Assembly: GCA_001643675.2 (NCBI GenBank)
Contig: LSRY02000008.1
Span: 1,364,001 to 1,428,000, forward strand
Direction: 5' to 3'
Source: Monocercomonoides exilis PA203
Taxonomy: Eukaryota > Protista > Preaxostyla
Length of the DNA: 64,000 bases
In this document: positions 32,430 through 45,486 of the stretch, piece after piece
How positions within the stretch are numbered: position 1 is the first letter of the stretch
Layout: each line of letters opens with the position of its first letter
The notes under the pieces: model-generated
Databases searched by the model: none
What the model was told of the DNA's origin: nothing
Seen by the model: only the letters and a program-made list of their open reading frames with translations
Position numbers and translations under genes: made by a program

Positions 32430-34572
32430 GTGAGTTGCACTTCTCCTCTTTTTGCCAATTATTCTCATGAATCTTCATTCCCCTTGTTTCCTTCTCACAA
32501 CTCACGTTTTTCAACATATCAACAGCAAATGAGGCATGTTCAACTCCGACCACATCCTTTCACCGAATCGCATGTTTGATGAGCAGCTGCTCATTCTCAT
32601 CAGTCTGTGATGCATATGATGGCGGAATTGTTCCTTCTCTGAACAACCCCTTGGCCTCTTTGTCTGTTTCGAACGCCTCGTTTATTGGATGTTGTCGGAC
32701 TAGGAATGTTGAATGCACTGGAACTGCAGAGGTTCCATTGAATCCAGGCAGACAAAACGAAACATTCAATGGATCGAATACCTTCACTTGGTGCGAATGG
32801 AACGGATCAAATACGACGGGAACAAATAATACTCACGCTGATGGGGTTTCAAATGGAGGGGCAATTTGTATGTACAATCAGTCATCTGCCACTGTATCGG
32901 TTTCACATTGTTCATTCAACAACTGTTTTGCTTATTGGGATGGAGGTGGAATATTGTGTGCAAATATTAAATCTGTTGAGATTGAAAACAATTCGTTCGA
33001 CTCATGCACAGCTCAAAGAAATGCTGGGGGAGGGATGTGCGTTGTGGCAATTACAACATGTGTTCGTATCAGCGGATGTGAATTCCAGGGTTGCAAAGCA
33101 AATTATTATGGAGGAGGACTTTATCTTGAAAATTTTCAAGTTATAGAAGGATGCATTAGAACAGAAAGTGGAGAAGGGGAAAGTGCGTGTGTGTTTGACT
33201 GCAGTTTCACTTCATGCTCAGTCACAAATACTCACGGTGGAGGTATGCGTTGTGTTACTGTTCCTAATCAATTTAAAATGAGAAGTACTCAATTCATTTC
33301 ATGCACAGCAATGGGATATGGTGGGGGGCTGAACTTTGATCCAAATCGAGCATCCGCATCAAATGAAACAATTTACTATTATTTTCTTTTTTTCCATGAA
33401 TGTAAATGCAAGACTGGATCAAATTCATATGGACACGATGTGATGTATTTTGATCGCTATGATCTTTTAATTCATCTGGAAATCCGTTCAAGGAATGTTA
33501 CACAACAAACACAGATGACCAAAGAGTATGTTATGGATATGATTATTCGAGTTCAGGGAGTTGGAAATTTCTGCACACCGAAAAGAAGGATTGGCTGAAG
33601 GACAAGACGTTATACGTTTCTGTGAGTGGAAATGACTTGAATGAGCTGTGCGGATCAAATGAATCAAATCCGTGCAAAACGGTGAAGAAGGCGTTTGAGA
33701 TGTGTGAGATACAAATTAGCTTGACAATCACGCTGATGGAAGGGAATCATGTGAGTGAGGCAACAACAGTTGCGATTGGAACAAAGAAGATTTCAGTCAT
33801 TGGGAAAGGGAGGGCGGAGAGTTCGATTGGAACAGGAGCACTTTCATCTGTAGGAACGCTGTTCAGTGTGTCAACAGGTCACCTTGGTTTATTGCACATG
33901 AAGGTTGATTGCAACTCAAATGCAAATCCTTCTTCGTCGAGTGTGGTTGTGGTGTCTGATGGGGGTGGGTCACTCTCGTTGGAGGATGTTGTGATCACCA
34001 CGAGTGTTTCTTCAGGAGACTATGTGATGTCGTCGTCGGTGTTTGTGGTGGCGCTGTCGCAGCTGTTGATGACCGATGTGGAGATCATAAATATGAATGT
34101 CTCAAAATCATTGTTCTCTGAGCCGGATCTCTCTTCTTCTTCTTCTTCTTCTTCTTCATTGTCGTCATCGTCTTCATCTGCATTGTATCTGACAGCCACA
34201 GCATCAGGAGACAGCGTGCTGGCGAATGTGAAGGTGACGAATGTGAAGTTGACTGAAGGAGATGGGGTGGTTGTGGCAAAGAGTGTGAAGGCAGGAGAGA
34301 TATTTGGGATGATGAGCACGAGAACAGAAGGGGGGCAGAGTGGTTGTATGTTTGGGAAGGGCGATTTTGAGATGAATTTTTGGTCACATGTGAATTTGGA
34401 GGGAAGAATAAAAAATCATAGGTGCATTGTGAATTTGTTTCTGTTTTGCTGCAACTCGTGCAATCCACATAAAATAAGCACCATCACTGCTGCAAAACTC
34501 GAAATCTCCTGTTTTATCAAAGAAAGGAAAATCGGTTTTATTTGTGAAAAGGAAAGGAAGAAAGGTGAGTAA
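32430..34572 (+). pseudogene. Beta-helix family copy 6 (T4 vs T5 frameshift at ~33465; decayed 5' end)
   Basis: ORFs 32576-33598 and 33622-34572; mirror of 38119-40116. Confidence 0.75.
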
Positions 34573-37500
34573 TTTGACGGAACATCAACGATTTATTTTT
34601 TCTTTGAAAAAAAAAAGAGTATTTGGGTTTATTCATAAATTTAGATGTTTTGCAAAAACAAAAAGTGGACAAGTTTCTTTGTTGAATCCTTCTATTTTTT
34701 CAATGTAACAATTCATATGATTTTTATTTTTTCATTCATTAGCCAACTGCTTTTGAATGATTTTTCAGACAACAAAGTTTTTCTTTAAAAAAATTTCAGT
34801 CCTTTCTTTTTTTCATTCTTTTTATTTTTTCAAATGTGATTTTCACAACAACATTTTTTTATAACAAAATGAAAAAATCAAATAGTTCCCTTGTTTGAAA
34901 GGATATATGAAATTTCGGAACAAACTGTTGAAGAACTTCAAAAATGATTTGTTGAAGAACAAACAAACAAATGGATGAATGAATGGATGAAAAACGCCAG
35001 ACAATAGTATTTTCACAGCAACTGATGAATGAAAAAGGAAAACGATAACTTTTTTTTGTATTTTTGTCAAATAATATCAAACTCTTCTGATTTGTCAATC
35101 ACTCATTTTCATTTTGACAGGGGAAATAAAAATGAAAACAATTATTCATTGAGAAATCAGATGAATTAGAAAATGGGCTTTATCATGATTCAAATGAGAA
35201 ACATTTATCAAAATGAAAAATATAATGAAAATTTTTGAAATCATAACTTCTTTCGGAGTGTTGATTATTTTGAAAATACATTGTTATTTGCCGAATAATT
35301 TTCTTTTAAATATTAAATGTTATTCAAACGTTTTAAAAGTTAATGGTTGATGAAAAAGAGAGACAGAGATGTTTTGTATTGGAGTTGTCACTTTTCTGTG
35401 TTCATTAACAAAAATTCAAAACAAAATAGTCAAACCGATATTTTTGTTCGAAAAAATCTGATTTCAAAAATATTCACCCATATGAATTAAAAAATGAATG
35501 AAATCTTTTTTATCAGAAATGATTATTTTTTCATTGACGTTTAACTATATATCCTTTTTTTATATCCACCACAAGGCACTCATTGGCTTTCAAAATCATG
35601 ATTTCAAAATTAATCACTCATATTGATTTTTTAAAAATTGAATATTTCTTTTTTGTTTATTTTGTTTTCTTCTTCTTTTTTATCAAAACAGATTATTCTT
35701 TCACAAAACGATGAAAATGAAGTTTTTGAAATGTGTCGACACTGATTCGTTTGTTCCTTTTTTATTTTTGTTTTCCAGTCACAGTTTTGATAGTTTATTT
35801 TGATGAGGGTGATTGTTTATCTGAAACTGCAATTTTTCTGTCAAAAACGTCGATTTGAAATTGAGATTGGGACACTTTGAAATGGAAACTTGAAAGTGAT
35901 AACAACACTGTGACAGTTCAATAATTGACTTTTTCTTTCTCAAATAAAAAGTCTTTCTGGTTATTGAAAGTCCTATTTCACTTCAACTGAATATTCACAA
36001 ATCAATCTCGAAAAGCCGCGTGATTATCCATTCTCCAATTATTTTTCTGAATCATAAATCTTTTTCTATCTTCATCTCGATTATTTCTTTTCATTTGGTT
36101 CAATATTTGTGGATAATGTTTTATATCTCATTCAAACAAAATATCTTTCTGAAAAGTCGCAAATGCAAAATTTTCATGTTATATCGAATGTTTTTTATAT
36201 TTTTTTATCATTTTCACTTTTCAACTGTCTGAAATTTTTTGTAAAGCTACTTTTGTTTAATTTTCGAAAGTTAAAAAATTTCATATTTGTTTCAAATTTC
36301 TGTTTTCACTCACAAAATTTTGATGTCATTGAAACAAATCCTTGTCAAAGTTATTTCATCCGTTTGGGTGTGATTTCGAGAGTGAAAACAGAATTTTGAA
36401 ACAAATATGAAATTTTTTAACTTTCGAAAATTAAACAAAAGTAGCTTTACAAAAAATTTCAGACAGTTGAAAAGTGAAAATGATAAAAAAATATAAAAAA
36501 CATTCGATATAACATGAAAATTTTGCATTTGCGACTTTTCAGAAAGATATTTTGTTTGAATGAGATATAAAACATTATCCACAAATATTGAACCAAATGA
36601 AAAGAAATAATCGAGATGAAGATAGAAAAAGATTTATGATTCAGAAAAATAATTGGAGAATGGATAATCACGCGGCTTTTCGAGATTGATTTGTGAATAT
36701 TCAGTTGAAGTGAAATAGGACTTTCAATAACCAGAAAGACTTTTTATTTGAGAAAGAAAAAGTCAATTATTGAACTGTCACAGTGTTGTTATCACTTTCA
36801 AGTTTCCATTTCAAAGTGTCCCAATCTCAATTTCAAATCGACGTTTTTGACAGAAAAATTGCAGTTTCAGATAAACAATCACCCTCATCAAAATAAACTA
36901 TCAAAACTGTGACTGGAAAACAAAAATAAAAAAGGAACAAACGAATCAGTGTCGACACATTTCAAAAACTTCATTTTCATCGTTTTGTGAAAGAATAATC
37001 TGTTTTGATAAAAAAGAAGAAGAAAACAAAATAAACAAAAAAGAAATATTCAATTTTTAAAAAATCAATATGAGTGATTAATTTTGAAATCATGATTTTG
37101 AAAGCCAATGAGTGCCTTGTGGTGGATATAAAAAAAGGATATATAGTTAAACGTCAATGAAAAAATAATCATTTCTGATAAAAAAGATTTCATTCATTTT
37201 TTAATTCATATGGGTGAATATTTTTGAAATCAGATTTTTTCGAACAAAAATATCGGTTTGACTATTTTGTTTTGAATTTTTGTTAATGAACACAGAAAAG
37301 TGACAACTCCAATACAAAACATCTCTGTCTCTCTTTTTCATCAACCATTAACTTTTAAAACGTTTGAATAACATTTAATATTTAAAAGAAAATTATTCGG
37401 CAAATAACAATGTATTTTCAAAATAATCAACACTCCGAAAGAAGTTATGATTTCAAAAATTTTCATTATATTTTTCATTTTGATAAATGTTTCTCATTTG

Positions 37501-38118
37501 AATCATGATAAAGCCCATTTTCTAATTCATCTGATTTCTCAATGAATAATTGTTTTCATTTTTATTTCCCCTGTCAAAATGAAAATGAGTGATTGACAAA
37601 TCAGAAGAGTTTGATATTATTTGACAAAAATACAAAAAAAAGTTATCGTTTTCCTTTTTCATTCATCAGTTGCTGTGAAAATACTATTGTCTGGCGTTTT
37701 TCATCCATTCATTCATCCATTTGTTTGTTTGTTCTTCAACAAATCATTTTTGAAGTTCTTCAACAGTTTGTTCCGAAATTTCATATATCCTTTCAAACAA
37801 GGGAACTATTTGATTTTTTCATTTTGTTATAAAAAAATGTTGTTGTGAAAATCACATTTGAAAAAATAAAAAGAATGAAAAAAAGAAAGGACTGAAATTT
37901 TTTTAAAGAAAAACTTTGTTGTCTGAAAAATCATTCAAAAGCAGTTGGCTAATGAATGAAAAAATAAAAATCATATGAATTGTTACATTGAAAAAATAGA
38001 AGGATTCAACAAAGAAACTTGTCCACTTTTTGTTTTTGCAAAACATCTAAATTTATGAATAAACCCAAATACTCTTTTTTTTTTCAAAGAAAAAATAAAT
38101 CGTTGATGTTCCGTCAAA

Positions 38119-40116
38119 TTACTCACCTTTCTTCCTTTCCTTTTCACAAATAAAACCGATTTTCCTTTCTTTGATAAAACAGGAGATTTCGAGTTTTGCA
38201 GCAGTGATGGTGCTTATTTTATGTGGATTGCACGAGTTGCAGCAAAACAGAAACAAATTCACAATGCACCTATGATTTTTTATTCTTCCCTCCAAATTCA
38301 CATGTGACCAAAAATTCATCTCAAAATCGCCCTTCCCAAACATACAACCACTCTGCCCCCCTTCTGTTCTCGTGCTCATCATCCCAAATATCTCTCCTGC
38401 CTTCACACTCTTTGCCACAACCACCCCATCTCCTTCAGTCAACTTCACATTCGTCACCTTCACATTCGCCAGCACGCTGTCTCCTGATGCTGTGGCTGTC
38501 AGATACAATGCAGATGAAGACGATGACGACAATGAAGAAGAAGAAGAAGAAGAAGAAGAGAGATCCGGCTCAGAGAACAATGATTTTGAGACATTCATAT
38601 TTATGATCTCCACATCGGTCATCAACAGCTGCGACAGCGCCACCACAAACACCGACGACGACATCACATAGTCTCCTGAAGAAACACTCGTGGTGATCAC
38701 AACATCCTCCAACGAGAGTGACCCACCCCCATCAGACACCACAACCACACTCGACGAAGAAGGATTTGCATTTGAGTTGCAATCAACCTTCATGTGCAAT
38801 AAACCAAGGTGACCTGTTGACACACTGAACAGCGTTCCTACAGATGAAAGTGCTCCTGTTCCAATCGAACTCTCCGCCCTCCCTTTCCCAATGACTGAAA
38901 TCTTCTTTGTTCCAATCGCAACTGTTGTTGCCTCACTCACATGATTCCCTTCCATCAGCGTGATTGTCAAGCTAATTTGTATCTCACACATCTCAAACGC
39001 CTTCTTCACCGTTTTGCACGGATTTGATTCATTTGATCCGCACAGCTCATTCAAGTCATTTCCACTCACAGAAACATATAACGTCTTGTCCTTCAGCCAA
39101 TCCTTCTTTTCGGTGTGCAGAAATTTCCAACTCCCTGAACTCGAATAATCATATCCATAACATACTCTTTGGTCATCTGTGTTTGTTGTGTAACATTCCT
39201 TGAACGGATTTCCAGATGAATTAAAAAGATCATAGCGATCAAAATACATCACATCGTGTCCATATGAATTTGATCCAGTCTTGCATTTACATTCATGGAA
39301 AAAAAGAAAATAATAGTAAATTGTTTCATTTGATGCGGATGCTCGATTTGGATCAAAGTTCAGCCCCCCACCATATCCCATTGCTGTGCATGAAATGAAT
39401 TGAGTACTTCTCATTTTAAATTGATTAGGAACAGTAACACAACGCATACCTCCACCGTGAGTATTTGTGACTGAGCATGAAGTGAAACTGCAGTCAAACA
39501 CACACGCACTTTCCCCTTCTCCACTTTCTGTTCTAATGCATCCTTCTATAACTTGAAAATTTTCAAGATAAAGTCCTCCTCCATAATAATTTGCTTTGCA
39601 ACCCTGGAATTCACATCCGCTGATACGAACACATGTTGTAATTGCCACAACGCACATCCCTCCCCCAGCATTTCTTTGAGCTGTGCATGAGTTGAACGAA
39701 TTGTTTTCAATCTCAACAGATTTAATATTTGCACACAATATTCCACCTCCATCCCAATAAGCAAAACAGTTGTTGAATGAACAATGTGAAACCGATACAG
39801 TGGCAGATGACTGATTGTACATACAAATTGCCCCTCCATTTGAAACCCCATCAGCGTGAGTATTATTTGTTCCCGTCGTATTTGATCCGTTCCATTCGCA
39901 CCAAGTGAAGGTATTCGATCCATTGAATGTTTCGTTTTGTCTGCCTGGATTCAATGGAACCTCTGCAGTTCCAGTGCATTCAACATTCCTAGTCCGACAA
40001 CATCCAATAAACGAGGCGTTCGAAACAGACAAAGAGGCCAAGGGGTTGTTCAGAGAAGGAACAATTCCGCCATCATATGCATCACAGACTGATGAGAATG
40101 AGCAGCTGCTCATCAA
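38119..40116 (-). CDS. Beta-helix family copy 7 (665-aa ORF; family-like sequence fades after ...VKAGEIFG)
   Basis: Continuous ORF with all family motifs, a second module and a poly-Ser linker. Confidence 0.75.
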   Translation of the reverse strand: MMSSCSFSSVCDAYDGGIVPSLNNPLASLSVSNASFIGCCRTRNVECTGTAEVPLNPGRQNETFNGSNTFTWCEWNGSNTTGTNNTHADGVSNGGAICMYNQSSATVSVSHCSFNNCFAYWDGGGILCANIKSVEIENNSFNSCTAQRNAGGGMCVVAITTCVRISGCEFQGCKANYYGGGLYLENFQVIEGCIRTESGEGESACVFDCSFTSCSVTNTHGGGMRCVTVPNQFKMRSTQFISCTAMGYGGGLNFDPNRASASNETIYYYFLFFHECKCKTGSNSYGHDVMYFDRYDLFNSSGNPFKECYTTNTDDQRVCYGYDYSSSGSWKFLHTEKKDWLKDKTLYVSVSGNDLNELCGSNESNPCKTVKKAFEMCEIQISLTITLMEGNHVSEATTVAIGTKKISVIGKGRAESSIGTGALSSVGTLFSVSTGHLGLLHMKVDCNSNANPSSSSVVVVSDGGGSLSLEDVVITTSVSSGDYVMSSSVFVVALSQLLMTDVEIINMNVSKSLFSEPDLSSSSSSSSSLSSSSSSALYLTATASGDSVLANVKVTNVKLTEGDGVVVAKSVKAGEIFGMMSTRTEGGQSGCMFGKGDFEMNFWSHVNLEGRIKNHRCIVNLFLFCCNSCNPHKISTITAAKLEISCFIKERKIGFICEKERKKGE

Positions 40117-41268
40117 ACATGCGATTCGGTGAAAGGATGTGGTCGGAGTTGAACATGCCTCATTTGCTGTTGATATGTTGAAAAACGTGAGTTGTGAGAA
40201 GGAAACAAGGGGAATGAAGATTCATGAGAATAATTGGCAAAAAGAGGAGAAGTGCAACTCACACACAAAAATACTATCTTCGACGCTGTCTTCTCTTCCT
40301 CTGCCTCTTGGAGCAATCTGGCAAAATATTTACTAAATTCAAAATCCCTCTTCCCGCCTCTTCCGCTGCTTCTCAAAGGGATATCCATAAGAAGAAAATC
40401 ATCTTTCCCTTTAACTCCTCTAAATCAAAATGAAATTCCAACGTTCTTCATCATTCATCTTTCAACAAATCCTCTTTTTATCTTCGCTTCCCATTTCCTT
40501 TCTTCTTTCCACATTCCATTCGCATTTATCGCTTTTGAATAACCACACAAATGCTCCTATAATCATTAAATAACTGGGGAAAAAAATATAAATTTGTAAT
40601 TAAATACGAAAGTTAATTTTCTAAAACAAAATAAAATAAAATAAAATAAAAATATAACAAATAATAACAAACTGTTTCATAATGAATTTTCTTCACACAC
40701 TTTTTCTAATCCGTCCTTTCTTCTTCATTTCCTTTTTTTTCCCCCCAAAATATCGTTATTTTCTGTCAGCAAAATTCATTTGTACCGCCTCCGTTTCTGT
40801 TCTTCTTCTCCTAAAAATAATAGCCAAAGCCCAATCCTCAGTTCTGTTTCAAGTGGAACAACTCCAACAGCTCAAATCGTAAAATTAGGCAATGATGACG
40901 ATGAATAAAAGGAAGATGAGGAGGAAGAAGAAGAAGAAGAAGAAGAAGAAGAAGAAGAAGCAGTTTTATTGAAAAAAAAATTATTGATGAAAAAATTCAA
41001 AAGGATAAATGAATATAAAGCATATCCTTCACAATTAGTAGTATCAACAAATGATTTGATTTTATCTTTCTGCTCCTCCTTCTTCATTATCTCAAATGCC
41101 TGCTCGGAAAAAAATAGCAAGAGAAGGGAAATTGAAAACAAGGAACTTGTAGATTTAAAGTTGACATAAAATAAACAAAATTAGCAAGGAACAATTTTTA
41201 GATGAAAAATTGTAGGAAAAAGAAAGAATAAGCAGAGTTAGAGAAAAAAAAGAATGGAAAGGAGAATC

Positions 41269-42546
41269 TTATAAATTCGCTTCTGTTTCATTCATTGTAG
41301 TTTCCCTTCCCTTCCCAATAACTGAAATCTTCTTTGTCCCAATCTCAACTGTTGCTGTCTCACTCACATGATTCCCTTCCATCAGCGTGATTGTCAAGCT
41401 AATCTGCACCTCGCACATCTCAAACGCCTTCTTCACTGTTTTGCACGGATTTGATTCATTTGCCCCGCAAAGTGGAGATGTATCATTTCCATTCGCTGAG
41501 ACATAAATCGTCTTATCTTTCAGCCAATCCTTTTTTTCGGTGTGCTGATGAGACCAAGCACCGGCATTCGAGTAGTTGTATGCATAGCACATCCTCTGTT
41601 CATTCAGATTTGTGGTGTAACATTCAAAAAACGGATTTCCTGAATTTAAATAGACATTGTAAGCATCAACGTATTCAACATCATGTCCATATGGAGTAGA
41701 GGTTGTTCTGCATTTGCATTCATGAAAGAACAGAAAATAACAATAAATAATATCATTTTGTGATCCTTGTCTATATGGATAAAGATATAATCCTCCTCCA
41801 TATGCAGTTGCTGAACACGAAATGAATTGAATGCTCCTCATTTTGAATTGCGTGATTGGAATGTTAGCACAGCGCATACCCCCACCATCAGTGCTTGCCA
41901 CAGAGCATGAAGTGAAACTGCAGTCAAACACACACGCACTCTCCCCTCCTCCATTTTCATTTCCAATGCAATCTGTTCCTGAAACATTAAAATTATCAAG
42001 ATCAAGACCTCCTCCAGCGCCATTTGCTTTACAATTTTGAAATTCACATCCGCTGATCCGAACACATGCCAAAATAGCATAAATTAGCATTCCTCCTCCG
42101 TAATGACTTTGCGCAGTACAAGAATCAAACGTATTATTCTCTATTTTAACTTCTTTTATGCTTGCACACATTATTCCCCCACCTCGGCTGTATGCAAAAC
42201 AATTATTAAACACACAACGCGAAACAGACACAGTGGCAGACGATTGACCATACATGCAGATGGCCCCGCCACTCGATATTCCATCCGTCCACGAGTCAAT
42301 TTCTCCAGTCGTCTTCGATCCGCTCCATTCGCACCAAGTGAATGAATTTGCTCCATTTTCTGTTTCGTTTTGTCTCCCTGGCTGTTTCTTATTATCTGCA
42401 GTTCCTTCACATACAACATTTCTTGTTCTGCAACACCCAACGAATGATGTATTTGAAACAGTCAGAGAAACCAATGGATTGTTCAGAGAGGGAACAATTC
42501 CGCCATCATATGCGTCGCTAACTGATGAGAATGAGCAGCTGACCAT
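41269..42546 (-). CDS. Beta-helix family copy 8 (425-aa open cassette)
   Basis: Continuous ORF with family motifs; homology extends upstream to ~42700. Confidence 0.75.
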   Translation of the reverse strand: MVSCSFSSVSDAYDGGIVPSLNNPLVSLTVSNTSFVGCCRTRNVVCEGTADNKKQPGRQNETENGANSFTWCEWSGSKTTGEIDSWTDGISSGGAICMYGQSSATVSVSRCVFNNCFAYSRGGGIMCASIKEVKIENNTFDSCTAQSHYGGGMLIYAILACVRISGCEFQNCKANGAGGGLDLDNFNVSGTDCIGNENGGGESACVFDCSFTSCSVASTDGGGMRCANIPITQFKMRSIQFISCSATAYGGGLYLYPYRQGSQNDIIYCYFLFFHECKCRTTSTPYGHDVEYVDAYNVYLNSGNPFFECYTTNLNEQRMCYAYNYSNAGAWSHQHTEKKDWLKDKTIYVSANGNDTSPLCGANESNPCKTVKKAFEMCEVQISLTITLMEGNHVSETATVEIGTKKISVIGKGRETTMNETEANL

Positions 42547-43794
42547 AAAACTTGATCTTTGGGTTGACGTAGTTGTTACAGGTGAGCATTCATCATTTGC
42601 TGTTGAAATGTTGAAAAATATCAGATAAGAGAGGGATTCAAGGGATATAGATATTGAAAAGAGGAATGTGGTTGAAGATTGGGTAAGAGATTCTCATATC
42701 GAAACACTTCCTTCTCTTTTAATTTTTGATTATATACCTTTTTTGCCTCTTGGCGCCTGTCGCAAATTATTTCCTAAAGTCAGATTCTTTCCCTGCCTCT
42801 TCTGCTGAAGACAATTGGCTCCCATTAAAAGCAGAAATACATCTTTTTTCTTCAATGCTTCTGAATGGAAACAACATTCCAGCATCCTTCATCAACTATT
42901 CCGTTCAAATATCTCTTTTTCTCTTGCTTCCGTTTTCTGTCTTCTTTTAAATTTCTATTCATTTCCTTCACTTTTGAAGATATACGCAAAGTCTCTATTA
43001 TCGATAAAAATATTAATAAATAAAAAAAATATTAAAGATAAATAATGAAATAAAACAAAAAAATTTAATATAAAATTAGAAATTAAACATTAAAGAAAAA
43101 TATCAAAAATATGAAAAAACTAAAAATATATAAAATGTATTATGAAAAATCAGTACCATATTCTTTTCTCAATCTTTCGCTTCAACTTCCGCTTTTGTGT
43201 CTTTTTCTTTTCGAATTTTTGTCAAATTTCTTCTTTTGCCATATCATCAATTTCTCACATTCTCTCTTTTATCGCTTTGCCTCATTCTTTTCAAAATACC
43301 ACATATATCTCACAAGCCTCATCTTTTCCATCCATTTCATATATTTCCTCTGGCTCATTCCTCTGTGCCCATTCCATTTCCCTCATTCTACCATCTTTCC
43401 GTTCTTGATGCTTATTCATCACCATTGAACATTCACACAAAGATCCTAATTTCAGTAAAAATAATTTCTGATGAAAAAACATAGAAATAAAAAATATAAA
43501 CTTTTGCCTTTTCAAATTAATCATTCTTAACAGAATTTCTTCTTCTTCTTGTTAACCTCAAATATTGCTCCACTCTGCAAATACACCCATCTTCTCCATC
43601 TCCACTGCAAATCTCACAACCAACGAATTTTCTTCTCTTTTGCGCCCTCAAATCACTTATTTCTAATCCTCAGTTCTGTTTCCGGCTATATAACTCTAAC
43701 AGCCTAAATCTTTGAAATTGTTGATGAAAACAAAAAAGAAAAATAAGAAGAAGAAAAAGAAGAGAAAGAGAAAAACAGAGAGGAAGAAAAAGAA

Positions 43795-45486
43795 TTAGAA
43801 AAGATGAAAAAAGAGTTGGAAGAAGAAAAATGAATTATTAATAGAAAATGAGATGAATTCGAAAGCGTATTGATGCGACATAACATTCGTTCCAGTGTTA
43901 CTCGTTGTTACCACAACATCCTCCAGCGAAAGTGACCCGCTCCCACAAGAGACCACAACCATACTCGGTGAAGTTCCTTCTGTTGAGTTACAATCAATCT
44001 TCAAGTGACTCATTCTCAAATGACCTGTCGAAACACTGAACAGCGATCCAGTTGATGAAAGTGCTCCTATTCCAATTGAACATGTTTCCCTTCCCTTCCC
44101 AATGACTGAAATCTTCTTTGATCCAATCTCAATTGTTGTCACCTCGCTTATGTGATTCCCTTCCATCAGCGTGACTGACAGACTCACCTGGATCACGCTC
44201 CGAATGACTGCAACACCAATGGTTCGGCATGCACTTGACTCATCCAATCCACACAACTCTTCTTCGCCACCTCCACTCACAGCCACAAATCGATTTAAAA
44301 TTCCTCTCTTCAGCCAATCCTTTTTCGATGTTTGGTTATATGTCCATTTCTGTTCATTAACATAATTATATGCAAAGCAGATCCTCTTCTCATCTGTATT
44401 TGTGGTGTAACATTCATAGAATGGATTTCCTGAATCCAAATACAGATTGTATGTATCGACATACTCAACATCATGCCCGTATGGATTGGCTGCATCCTTG
44501 CAGCTGCATCCGTGAAAGAACAAAAAATAGCAATAAATTCCATTGTCTGGCTTTTCTGCTTTGTCTGGTCTGAAAAACAATCCTCCGCCTTCTCTTAATG
44601 CTGAGCATGAAATAAACTGAATGCTCCTCATTTTGAATGCTGCAGGAACAATATAGCAAAAGAAACCTCCACCATATATATTTGTAACTGAGCATGAAGT
44701 GAAACTGCAGTCAAACACACACGCACTTTCTCCCCCACCATTTTCTTCCCCAATGCATCCTTCTCCAGAAACCTGAAACGATTGCAATAATAACCCTCCA
44801 CCAGAACTATTTGCTTTGCAATTCTGGAATTCACATCCGCTGATCTGAACACATGTTGATATCGTATAAATTAGTATTCCACCTCCATGTTGATTTTGAG
44901 CTGTACATTCGTTGAAAGAATTGTTCACAATCTCAACCGATTTAATATTATAGCAACTAATACCTCCACCGCACCAATGCGCAACACATTCATTGAATGC
45001 ACAATGCGAAACTGAAACAGCGGCCGACGATTGACTGTACATGCAGATGGCCCCTCCACTCGATATTCCATCAGTATAAGAGTCACTTTCTCCTGTTGTC
45101 CTCGACCCATCCCATTCACACCAAGTGAATGAGTTTGCTCCATTATCTGTTTCATTCTGTCTGTCTGGCTTCAATGGAACCTCTGCAGTTCCAGTGCATT
45201 CAACATTTCTTGTTCTGCAACACCCGATGAATGATGTATTTGAGGCTGTCAAGGAAGCCAAGGGGTTGTTGAGGGAATGAACAATCCCTCCATCATATGC
45301 GTCGCAAACTGATGAAAATGAGCAGCTGCTCATCAGACACGAGGTTTGGGCTGACGTAGTGGTTGGAGGTGAACATGCCTCATTTGCTGTTGAGATGTTG
45401 AAAAATGTGAGTTTGGAGAGGGATACAAGGGGAATGGAAGGTGACGAGAGAAATGCCGTTGAAGATGAGAAATGCGATTCGCTCAC
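43795..45486 (-). CDS. Beta-helix family copy 9 (563-aa open cassette, no ATG at the ORF start)
   Basis: Continuous ORF from VSESHFSS; alternative second-module start KKDWLKRGILNRFVAVSGGG. Confidence 0.75.
   Translation of the reverse strand: MSESHFSSSTAFLSSPSIPLVSLSKLTFFNISTANEACSPPTTTSAQTSCLMSSCSFSSVCDAYDGGIVHSLNNPLASLTASNTSFIGCCRTRNVECTGTAEVPLKPDRQNETDNGANSFTWCEWDGSRTTGESDSYTDGISSGGAICMYSQSSAAVSVSHCAFNECVAHWCGGGISCYNIKSVEIVNNSFNECTAQNQHGGGILIYTISTCVQISGCEFQNCKANSSGGGLLLQSFQVSGEGCIGEENGGGESACVFDCSFTSCSVTNIYGGGFFCYIVPAAFKMRSIQFISCSALREGGGLFFRPDKAEKPDNGIYCYFLFFHGCSCKDAANPYGHDVEYVDTYNLYLDSGNPFYECYTTNTDEKRICFAYNYVNEQKWTYNQTSKKDWLKRGILNRFVAVSGGGEEELCGLDESSACRTIGVAVIRSVIQVSLSVTLMEGNHISEVTTIEIGSKKISVIGKGRETCSIGIGALSSTGSLFSVSTGHLRMSHLKIDCNSTEGTSPSMVVVSCGSGSLSLEDVVVTTSNTGTNVMSHQYAFEFISFSINNSFFFFQLFFHLF

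Noticed and set aside
36312-36379. Palindrome loops as telomere fusions or rDNA palindromes
   Set aside because: No telomeric repeat arrays and no rRNA-like sequence seen at any centre.
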